DNA of 64,000 bases from the NCBI GenBank assembly GCA_965208575.1, contig CBDBOV010000004.1:1088001-1152000 (forward strand), read 5' to 3'. This document shows positions 52,301 to 60,864 of the stretch, one piece after another (the first letter of the stretch is position 1; each line of letters begins with the position of its first letter). The position numbers were made by a program, and so were the translations under genes. Source of the stretch: Spirochaetia bacterium. Lineage in GTDB: Bacteria > Spirochaetota > Spirochaetia > SZUA-6 > Bin103. The notes beneath the pieces are model-generated. The model did no database searches. It was not told where the DNA came from and saw only the letters and a list, made by a program, of their open reading frames with translations.

Positions 52301-54153
52301 AGGTAGTATATTGATAGTGGGCGGTTGACGCCAGCCCGCTTCAATGAGGCCGCCGGAATTCACCGGCGGAAACGCCAGCGGCGGCCCGCTGCTCGGCCGG
52401 GTCCGGCTCGCTTCAATGAGGCCGCCGGAATTCACCGGCGGAAACTCGTAGAGCACCTGGAAGTCGAAGGACACGCGCTCCTCGCTTCAATGAGGCCGCC
52501 GGAATTCACCGGCGGAAACGCACCACGTGAACGGTGACCCCGGCGACAACCGGATCGGGCTTCAATGAGGCCGCCGGAATTCACCGGCGGAAACTTGCTC
52601 CCGATCCTCCGCCTCCGGTGAGGGCTACGTCGGGCTTCAATGAGGCCGCCGGAATTCACCGGCGGAAACCACCTGCGCGGCGCACCGAGCGGTCGCGTGT
52701 ACGAAGTGCTTCAATGAGGCCGCCGGAATTCACCGGCGGAAACTTCACCACCACGGGTGCCTACGCGGGCGGAGTGGCGGCTTCAATGAGGCCGCCGGAA
52801 TTCACCGGCGGAAACGGCACCGACTTCCGCCCGGTGTTCGAGTACATGGAACGCGCTTCAATGAGGCCGCCGGAATTCACCGGCGGAAACGCCGACGTGC
52901 TCACCCTGCGTGACGGTCAGAGACTCCGCGCTTCAATGAGGCCGCCGGAATTCACCGGCGGAAACTCGCGGGTGCCGGGGTGGCGGAGGCGCGGGCGGTT
53001 CAAGTGCTTCAATGAGGCCGCCGGAATTCACCGGCGGAAACCGGAAGACCATAGCCAGCGACGGACGCAAGCTTTTCTAGCTTCAATGAGGCCGCCGGAA
53101 TTCACCGGCGGAAACGCGCTGCGCGATTGGTTGTCGTCAGAGTGGATCACAGACGCTTCAATGAGGCCGCCGGAATTCACCGGCGGAAACTCGGCGCCGA
53201 TAGCGACGCAGCCAACAACCCGAACGGGGCTTCAATGAGGCCGCCGGAATTCACCGGCGGAAACGCCGCGAGGTCACGTGCTATCGCATCGTCCCACCCC
53301 ACGCTTCAATGAGGCCGCCGGAATTCACCGGCGGAAACGGAGCCATCGACGTGGCCTCATGCGTCTCACATTGCCCTGCTTCAATGAGGCCGCCGGAATT
53401 CACCGGCGGAAACGCGGACATCGTAGGGCAAGGGGCCGACGACATCACAATCGCTTCAATGAGGCCGCCGGAATTCACCGGCGGAAACCCACGTGACAGT
53501 TGAAGAGGCTCTGCAACAGGTAAACCAGCTTCAATGAGGCCGCCGGAATTCACCGGCGGAAACCAGTGTTGCCGGCAAGGTTGCGCGCGGGTGGCGCGGC
53601 TGGGCTTCAATGAGGCCGCCGGAATTCACCGGCGGAAACTTGCGCAAGGCGAGCGTCGACGCTTCAGAGGTGTCATTGCTTCAATGAGGCCGCCGGAATT
53701 CACCGGCGGAAACCTGTTCTCGACGCCGACGCGCTTCGCCAAGCTCACCTGGCTTCAATGAGGCCGCCGGAATTCACCGGCGGAAACCTCGACCTGGAGG
53801 ATTCGGAGCGCCGCGTGAAGGTGCTTCAATGAGGCCGCCGGAATTCACCGGCGGAAACCCGTGATGCGCACTCAATACCGCTGCTCCGCCTACCCCGCTT
53901 CAATGAGGCCGCCGGAATTCACCGGCGGAAACTCATCGGGGCCGGCGGAGCCCTCGTCGGCGGAATCGTCGGCTTCAATGAGGCCGCCGGAATTCACCGG
54001 CGGAAACATCGACCGCCTCATGAGGAAGGGCGCCACTCTACAGGCTTCAATGAGGCCGCCGGAATTCACCGGCGGAAACTGGCGCAGCAATCCGACCAGC
54101 AACGCCAGGCCTCCTGGGCTTCAATGAGGCCGCCGGAATTCACCGGCGGAAAC
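49374..54153 (-). CRISPR. CRISPR array: 65 repeats of 36 bp and 64 spacers of 35-40 bp (hand count)
   Basis: Repeat on -: GTTTCCGCCGGTGAATTCCGGCGGCCTCATTGAAGC; the ATTGAAGC 3' end and the leader next to cas2 give the orientation. Confidence 0.99.
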
Positions 54154-54359
54154 GGACGGCGATCAACTCTTCGCTGTGCGGGGAATTATTGAGCACAATG
54201 CGAGCGCTGAAGCACGACCGTTGATGGCGGGGAAGCATTTTCGAAACCTCTTGGTATTCTAATCCATATCTCTGTGTATGTCAAAGACCTGGCGCCTTGC
54301 GAGCGGTCCCTTGGAGTGCGCGCGGCACCGGAGCGCTCGGTCGGCGGCGGCAGCGGCCA
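54154..54359 (-). promoter_or_regulatory. CRISPR leader with sigma70 promoter
   Basis: Minus strand TTGACA (54284-54279), 17 nt, TAGAAT (54261-54256); AT-rich. Confidence 0.85.
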
Positions 54360-54650
54360 TCACACGATGACGGGCTCCCGCTTCAGCGGATGGAATGGTT
54401 TTCCCAGACTGGTCACCCGCGGTTCAATGGAGTCGGCGACGCCAATGTCGACCAACACCACATGATCCGCATTATGATCTATCAGACGGTCCAGATTGGC
54501 AAGCAGTTCGGCCTGCCGGCGGCGGTTCAATCGGCACTGGAATACGGAAAGCTGCACCCACGCGCCGTAGCCGTTCATCAGCTTGAATACCTTTCGCCAA
54601 CGCCGCTGATCGGCGATGTCGTATGCGACGATGAACAGATGCTCTTCCAT
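54360..54650 (-). CDS. cas2: Cas2
   Basis: IVAYDIADQRRW, VQLSVFQC. Confidence 0.96.
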   Translation of the reverse strand: MEEHLFIVAYDIADQRRWRKVFKLMNGYGAWVQLSVFQCRLNRRRQAELLANLDRLIDHNADHVVLVDIGVADSIEPRVTSLGKPFHPLKREPVIV

Positions 54651-54655
54651 CGGCG

Positions 54656-56455
54656 CTAGCGGGTCGTGAAGTTCGGATACGCGGGGATCTCACCGAGCAT
54701 GAATCGGCCCAGCAGGCGGGCCTGGATCTCCATGAGCCGGCGGTAGCTTACCCGGTACCCGAATAGCGGGTGCACGATCTCGTGGCCCAGGCGGCGCTCG
54801 AACGCGCCGATCAGGTGGCGCCTGCCGTCCGGCGTCAGGGCGACGGCCCCGGCGGCGGCCCTGAAGTCGGATGCCTTCACTTCGCCGTTGTTGATTACCT
54901 GCACCACCACCGAGTCGGCGAGCAGCGGTCGAAACGGCTCCATGAGATCCAGGGCGAGGGCGGGACGGCCGTAGCGCGGCTGATGAAAGAGACCGCGAAA
55001 CGGATCGAACCCGACCGCGGCGAGCGTCACGGTCCAGGCTCGGACGAGCAACGAGTACGCGAACGACAGCAGCGCGTTGACCGGGTCGGTTGGCGGGCGC
55101 CGGTTGCGCTTCTCGAAGTCGAACGCTCCCTGCCCCTCGCGCATCCCCTCGCTGATCATGGCCCCGAACACGCGGAAGTAGCGCGCGGCGGCGGTGCCCT
55201 CTACGCCGAGCAGCACCGACAGCGACCGGCAGCGAGCCACGCGCCTGCTGTCGTCCCGGAGCTCGATCATCACGTCGTGGCTGCTGGCGGGGCCTTTCCA
55301 GTTGCGGCGCAGCAGAGTGCGGGAGTTGAGGATCTTGGCCCGCACCAGGTCCTTCGCGAACCGCAGACACACGTCCTCGTCGAAGCTGGCCCGATACTGG
55401 GCGGTGCGCAGTTCCACGTTCTTGTGTCCGTTGCCAACCGTGTGGCCGTAGAACCAGCCGCCGTGGCTGTGCCAGGTAACCGGAATCCCCCGCCACATCA
55501 ACTCCTGCAGGCAAGGCGTGGTGACGTACACGCTGCCCATCAGCACCACCTGCGAGGTCTCCGGCAGGCGGGCGGTAGTTACCTTCTCGTCCTTGACGCT
55601 GACCACCAGGTTTTCGCCCGACTTGGCCACCCTTGCGCCGCGCGCCTGCACGTACAGCGGCAGCGCATCGGTCCCCGGCACCGCAATCGGCCGCGGCGCC
55701 ATTTCTGGACGCGACAGCAGCCGCAGGTGGTTGATCTCATCCGGCAGGCAGATGTTCACCAGTGAGCAGCGCGGACACTTCGGGCTGTCCTCCAGCGGCG
55801 GCGGGATCACTCCCTCGGCCGCGACCCGCCGCAGCCCGGCAACCGCCTGCTTGGTGGCGGACACCAGTTCCTCGTCGAACGGCACCCGAACGCGCTCGCG
55901 TCCGGCTACGAAGTAGAGTACGCCCTCGTCACATCGGTACCCCCGGTCACGCAGGATCAGGCCCTGAACGCACAGTTGCACCCGCTCCGGTTCGTACGCG
56001 CCGCCCTTCACGTGCGGGCGCTTGCCGCGCTTGTAGTCGACCGGTACGACCCCACCATCCGCCACCTCGATCAGGTCCATGCGCGAGATCAAGCCGAGCC
56101 GCTGCGACGACAGCGTGACCGACCTGGCGTGCAGCTTCTCGTACTCTCCGGCGTCGGCGGCTGCCGGCAACGACCCGCCACTTCGGTCCACCCTGCGGTG
56201 GGCGTGCCTTCCCTCGACCGTGTCCGCCGAGTCCGCCCACTCACCCTGCACCCACTCCAGGTACGCCAGTCGCGGACAGTACGCGTACTCATTGACCATG
56301 CGCGCCGGCACCAGCGGGGGTGCCTCACCGGGAGCCGGGAACGCAAGTTCGCCTTGGCGCGGCGGGGCGTTCCGTTCGACTTGTGCCTTCCGGTCGCCAA
56401 CCAGCCGCGGTGCGTCGTGTGCAGCAGCGGCACGTCTATCATCATTCCCGCTCAT
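54656..56455 (-). CDS. cas1: Cas4-Cas1 fusion
   Basis: Cas4: YCPRL, DYKRG, QLC, CPRCSL..IC; Cas1: GVEG, RNRRPPTDPVNALLS, LALDLMEPFRP; start uncertain. Confidence 0.95.
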   Translation of the reverse strand: MSGNDDRRAAAAHDAPRLVGDRKAQVERNAPPRQGELAFPAPGEAPPLVPARMVNEYAYCPRLAYLEWVQGEWADSADTVEGRHAHRRVDRSGGSLPAAADAGEYEKLHARSVTLSSQRLGLISRMDLIEVADGGVVPVDYKRGKRPHVKGGAYEPERVQLCVQGLILRDRGYRCDEGVLYFVAGRERVRVPFDEELVSATKQAVAGLRRVAAEGVIPPPLEDSPKCPRCSLVNICLPDEINHLRLLSRPEMAPRPIAVPGTDALPLYVQARGARVAKSGENLVVSVKDEKVTTARLPETSQVVLMGSVYVTTPCLQELMWRGIPVTWHSHGGWFYGHTVGNGHKNVELRTAQYRASFDEDVCLRFAKDLVRAKILNSRTLLRRNWKGPASSHDVMIELRDDSRRVARCRSLSVLLGVEGTAAARYFRVFGAMISEGMREGQGAFDFEKRNRRPPTDPVNALLSFAYSLLVRAWTVTLAAVGFDPFRGLFHQPRYGRPALALDLMEPFRPLLADSVVVQVINNGEVKASDFRAAAGAVALTPDGRRHLIGAFERRLGHEIVHPLFGYRVSYRRLMEIQARLLGRFMLGEIPAYPNFTTR

Positions 56456-56617
56456 GAGATCGAACCGTCACCTCCTGCGTACGACCGGCACTCTGCCTCT
56501 ACCCCAAGTCTCGGTCACCGCGCACCCACCTTGAGCCGACGTGCCGGCTGGATTGCCGTGGGGCGCGGACCCGGAACGCGCGCGATGATGTAGACTGGCG
56601 CCGCGGAGGTGCGGCGG

Positions 56618-57721
56618 GTGAGGATTACGAACGTCAAGGTGGATCTGTGCAGTTGGGAGACCGAGCCGTGGAAGACCGGCGTTGGCGCCGCGTTCGGGGG
56701 TCAGGTGCAGCTCGGAGTCGTGACGGTGGAGACCGACGCCGGCGTCAGCGGCAACGCGTTCCTGGGCTCGTCGATGGTCGGGGCGGAGCATTCGGCACGC
56801 GCGCTGGTCGAATTCGTAAAGCCGCACCTGGTGGGCGAGAACGCGCAGGACATCGGGCGGCTGTGGTGGCGGATGTGGAAGCTGAACCGCTCGGTGTCCA
56901 CGAGCGTGATCGGCGCCATCGACGTGTGCCTGTGGGATATCAACGGCAAGGTAGCCGGCCAGCCGATCCACCGCCTGCTCGGCACCTGCAAGGACTCGGT
57001 GCCGGCCTACTCCAGCACCGCATACCACGCCACGCCGGAGGAGTACGTCGAGGAGGCGCTGCGCTTCAAGGAGATGGGCTGGACGGCGCACAAGCTGCAC
57101 CCGCACGGCGAGCCGCGGGCCGACGTGGCGATCTGCGCGGCGGTGCGCGGCGCGGTGGGCGGCGACATGGTGCTGATGCTGGACTCGATGTGGGCCTACC
57201 AGTACGCCGATGCGCTGCGCGTCGGACGCGCCGTCGAGGAGTTGGACTACTACTGGTACGAAGATCCGCTGGTGGAGGAGGACGTCTACCACTACGTCAA
57301 GCTCGGCCAGAAGCTGGACATACCGATCATGTCCACCGAGTTCGCGCCCGGCCGGTTCTACGGCATGGCGGCCTGGATCACCCGCTACGCCACCGACATC
57401 CTGCGCGGCGACGTGGCGGTTACCGGCGGCATCACTCCCCTGGTCCGCCAGTGCCACTTGGCCGAGGGCTTCAACATGCGCTGCGAAATACACCACGGCG
57501 GCAACAGCCTGAACAACGTCGCCAACCTGCACGTCACCATGGCGGTGCCCAACTGCGAGTACTACGAGTTCTTCCCCTGCACCGGCGCCAACATGTACGG
57601 CCTGGTCGAGGACATAGCCGTGGATGCGCAGGGCCGCGTGCACGCCCCGACCGCGCCGGGGCTCGGCTACCAGATCGACTGGGACCTGCTGTACCGCAAG
57701 CGAACGGCTACGGTCGAGTAG
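56618..57721 (+). CDS. Mandelate racemase/muconate lactonizing enzyme family protein
   Basis: AIDVCLWDINGK, KLH, LMLD, WYEDP; GGAGG RBS with GTG start. Confidence 0.9.
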   Translation: MRITNVKVDLCSWETEPWKTGVGAAFGGQVQLGVVTVETDAGVSGNAFLGSSMVGAEHSARALVEFVKPHLVGENAQDIGRLWWRMWKLNRSVSTSVIGAIDVCLWDINGKVAGQPIHRLLGTCKDSVPAYSSTAYHATPEEYVEEALRFKEMGWTAHKLHPHGEPRADVAICAAVRGAVGGDMVLMLDSMWAYQYADALRVGRAVEELDYYWYEDPLVEEDVYHYVKLGQKLDIPIMSTEFAPGRFYGMAAWITRYATDILRGDVAVTGGITPLVRQCHLAEGFNMRCEIHHGGNSLNNVANLHVTMAVPNCEYYEFFPCTGANMYGLVEDIAVDAQGRVHAPTAPGLGYQIDWDLLYRKRTATVE

Positions 57722-57738
57722 CCGGAGGGGCAGCGAGC

Positions 57739-58466
57739 ATGAACGTCACCATCGTCGCCGCGCTGCAGGAGGAACTGGATGCGTTCGACGGCGCGCACGA
57801 CCTCGCGCCGGTTGGAGAGCCGGGGCCGTTCGCCGCGTTTCGGTTCCGGACGGCGCCGCCGTGGTGACACTGCTGCGCGGCGGCGTCGGCAAGGCGAGCG
57901 CCGCGATGGTGGCGCAATACGCGGTCGACCGCCTCGCCCCCGACTACCTGGTGATGACCGGCATCTGCGGCGGCCTTGGCGACCGCCTGGCGCTGGGAGA
58001 TGTCGTGGTGAGCCGCGACTGCGTGCAACATGATCTGGACGTGACCGCACTCGGCTTCCCGCTCGGCCAGGTACCCTTTACCGAGCATCGCTTCCTCGCC
58101 GCCGACCCGCGGCTGGTCGAGCTGGCGCTGGCCACGCCGGTACCGGGGCAGCGGGTGGTGGCCGGGCGCATTCTCACCGGCGACCAGTTCATCAACGCGA
58201 CCGACGCCGCGCGCATGGAACGGCTGCGCAGCCTGGACGGCGACGCGGTGGAGATGGAAGGGGCGGCGGTCGGCCTGGTGGCAACGGTGAACCGCATACC
58301 GTTCGTGATCATTCGCTCCGTGTCGGATCACGCCGACGGAGCAGCGCCCGTCGACTTCCGCGCCTGGCTGCGCCGCGCCGCCGCCAACTCCTACACCGTC
58401 TGCGCCGGCATCCTTCAGGGGCTGACCACCGCGGCTGCCCGTTCTCCCTCGCACCACGACAGTTGA
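57739..58466 (+). pseudogene. mtnN: MTA/SAH nucleosidase with a frameshift near 57845 (real or sequencing error)
   Basis: Frame 1 MNVTIVAALQEE; frame 2 GVGKASAA, TGDQF, VEMEGAA, RSVSD. Confidence 0.8.
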
Positions 58467-58526
58467 CCGCGACGGGGAAAACGCCGACCATAGCGAAACA
58501 CAGCGACCCGACACGGAGGTATCGAC

Positions 58527-59660
58527 ATGCCCATGACCGGCGCGGCGCCGATTGCGGCTCCCGGCTGGACGGCCAACAAGGAAACCGGCGTCCGCATCGT
58601 GGACTGCGACGTGCACCACAGCTTCGAGAGCCCCGAACAGCTCCTGCCCTACCTGTCCAGGTTCTACCAGGAGCACCTGTACGACCAGGGCGTGCACTTC
58701 GCCGGCGGCGGCTACCCCAACACCCCGCTCCGCAAGACCCGCAACGACATCAAGGATCCCGACCTGAAGCGGCGCGATTTCAATTTCACCCTGGAGTTCA
58801 CGCAGCGGGAGTTGCTCGACCCCTGGAACATCGACCTGGCGCTGCTGACCGGTTCTCCGTCCGACATATACGGCGCCGCCGGCCTGCCCGACCCCGACTA
58901 CGGCGCCGCGCTGTGCCGCGCGTTCAACGATTACACCATCGAACACTGGCTGGAGCGCGACGAGCGCGTGGTGCACGCCATCCTGGTGGCGCCCACCGAT
59001 CCGGCGCAGGCGGTGGCCGAGATCAACCGCCTCGCCGGGCGCAGGGACACCGTCGCCGTGCACGTCCCGCTGAGCACCGCAATGCCGTTCGGCAACCGTT
59101 TCTTCCATCCGATCTGGGAGGCGTGCGCCGAGCATGGCCTGCCGGTGGTGTCGCACATCGGCGGCGGCGGCCCGACCGGCAACACCATGACGCCGGTCGG
59201 CTATCCCACCTACTATATGGAGACGCGCATGGCGCGCCCGGCGGCGGCCAGTGCGCAGGCGGCGTCGCTGATCTGCGAGGGCGTGTTCGAAAAGTTCCCG
59301 ACCCTCAAGTTCGCGTTCATCGAGGTGCAGCAGCTCTGGGCGGTATCGGTGATGTGGCACATGGACTTCGACTGGAGGGCGATCCGCGACCAGACGCCGT
59401 GGCTCAAGCGGCTGCCGAGCGAGTACTTCCGCGAGCACATCCGCGTCGGCACCCAGCCGATGCACGAGCCCGCGCGCCCCGAGCAGTTGCAGCAGATGCT
59501 GGACATGCTGTGCGCTGACGAGACGCTGATCTTCTGCAGCGACTTCCCCCACTTCGACCAGAACGACCCGGTGACCGTGCTGCCGGGCATCTCCGACCAC
59601 ATGCGCCGCCGCATCTTCTCCGACAACGCGCTGGAGATGCTGCGCATGCCCGGGAACTAG
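58527..59660 (+). CDS. Amidohydrolase (Amidohydro_2)
   Basis: VDCDVH, GVFEKFPTLK, FCSDFPHFD; GGAGG RBS. Confidence 0.9.
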   Translation: MPMTGAAPIAAPGWTANKETGVRIVDCDVHHSFESPEQLLPYLSRFYQEHLYDQGVHFAGGGYPNTPLRKTRNDIKDPDLKRRDFNFTLEFTQRELLDPWNIDLALLTGSPSDIYGAAGLPDPDYGAALCRAFNDYTIEHWLERDERVVHAILVAPTDPAQAVAEINRLAGRRDTVAVHVPLSTAMPFGNRFFHPIWEACAEHGLPVVSHIGGGGPTGNTMTPVGYPTYYMETRMARPAAASAQAASLICEGVFEKFPTLKFAFIEVQQLWAVSVMWHMDFDWRAIRDQTPWLKRLPSEYFREHIRVGTQPMHEPARPEQLQQMLDMLCADETLIFCSDFPHFDQNDPVTVLPGISDHMRRRIFSDNALEMLRMPGN

Positions 59661-59665
59661 GCGCC

Positions 59666-60070
59666 GTGGCGACTGCCGCCGACGGACGCGCGCGGCGGGT
59701 GGTGGTCGGCAAGGTGTCGGAGATCCCGGTGGGCGGGCGCAAGCTGATCGTGCCGTTCCGGGGCCGCGCCGGCATCGGCGTGTTCAACGTGGGCGGCACC
59801 CTGTACGCGCTGCGCAACATCTGCCCGCACAACCTCGGGCCGCTGTGCACCGGCCACGTCAGCGGGCGCTTCGTTGCCAGCGGCCCGCCGTCGCGCAACG
59901 GCGCCACCCTGACCATGGACCGCGACGGCGAGATACTGCGCTGCCCGTGGCACAACTGGGCGTTCGACATCACCGACGGAAGCTGCCTCGGCGACTCCCA
60001 CCTGCGCGTCAAGACCTACCCGGTTTCGGTGGAAGGCGACGACGTAGTGGTTTCGTACGCCGAGGAATAA
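59666..60070 (+). CDS. Rieske [2Fe-2S] protein
   Basis: CPH...CPWH. Confidence 0.9.
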   Translation: MATAADGRARRVVVGKVSEIPVGGRKLIVPFRGRAGIGVFNVGGTLYALRNICPHNLGPLCTGHVSGRFVASGPPSRNGATLTMDRDGEILRCPWHNWAFDITDGSCLGDSHLRVKTYPVSVEGDDVVVSYAEE

Positions 60071-60075
60071 TCCCG

Positions 60076-60306
60076 TCAGCGGCCACCGCTTCGGGAGGCC
60101 TCAGAGACAACGCGCGTCACGTCGCCGATGGGAACCGACAATGTCGTGTCCTCCAAAACGACGCAATCGCTGAGATCGGGCGTGAGTACGACTACGACGT
60201 GTCGGGACGCGTGCCCGTAGACTTCCCTTACCTTGGCGCGGACGGTGGACTGGTTACCCCAGGGAATCTCGACGATTTCATCATACTTCGGCTCGCTGTC
60301 CTTCAC
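60076..60306 (-). CDS. Small hypothetical protein (76 aa)
   Basis: GTG start after AAGGAGAGGA, directly downstream of the HEPN-like ORF. Confidence 0.55.
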   Translation of the reverse strand: MKDSEPKYDEIVEIPWGNQSTVRAKVREVYGHASRHVVVVLTPDLSDCVVLEDTTLSVPIGDVTRVVSEASRSGGR

Positions 60307-60319
60307 AAGTTCCTCTCCT

Positions 60320-60835
60320 TCACCACGGACTGGCGATCTGTAGCTCGCCAGCAAGCCCGGTGGCGACGACTTGGTCCAGCTTCTGTACAAGCCTGCTCAT
60401 GGTCGACTTGTACGTGCGGTAGGAAGACACGGTCGCGGTGATCCTCCGCGACTGACGCAACGCACCTACCTCGCTCTCGTTGCCATGCACGACAGCATTG
60501 CGAAATGAGACGAGCAGTTCAAGGCGCCGAAGGTCGCGGTCAGCGTTGCCGTATAGACCCTGTAGACCGCGAACGATGTCCAAACCCATTCGCCCGAAGT
60601 CGTTCTTCAACGCGTCTCGTCGGGGATTCCTTTTGTCGAGCGCTCGATTCTGCCGCAACAGGACTCCCAGCGTGCGACGCTGGGTGGCGGTCGCGTGGGA
60701 CAAGTATACATCGGTCGCTTCGTCGTGAAGCTCTCGGCAATAGACTTGGAACTGTCCCACCAGAGCGACAAACAGGCTCCGATTCAACTGCTCGGTGTCC
60801 CAACGTCGTCCTCGCCGGGTTCCGCGCGCGTCCAT
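60320..60835 (-). CDS. HEPN-like protein, possibly 5'-truncated
   Basis: RNAVVHG (Rx4H) motif in a helical protein. Confidence 0.65.
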   Translation of the reverse strand: MDARGTRRGRRWDTEQLNRSLFVALVGQFQVYCRELHDEATDVYLSHATATQRRTLGVLLRQNRALDKRNPRRDALKNDFGRMGLDIVRGLQGLYGNADRDLRRLELLVSFRNAVVHGNESEVGALRQSRRITATVSSYRTYKSTMSRLVQKLDQVVATGLAGELQIASPW

Positions 60836-60864
60836 CTCGCTGCTTCTGCCTCCGACTCGCCGAC

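Noticed and set aside
49410-54117. Self-targeting array spacers within the window
   Set aside because: None found by eye; a BLASTn against the whole genome is needed to exclude this
49286-54127. Many ORFs with MRPPEFTGGN / FNEAAGIHRRK repeats
   Set aside because: Translations of the CRISPR repeat, not genes
56588-56610. TAGACT upstream of cas4/1 as a second mini-array target
   Set aside because: Only 4 nt match and no TTN PAM
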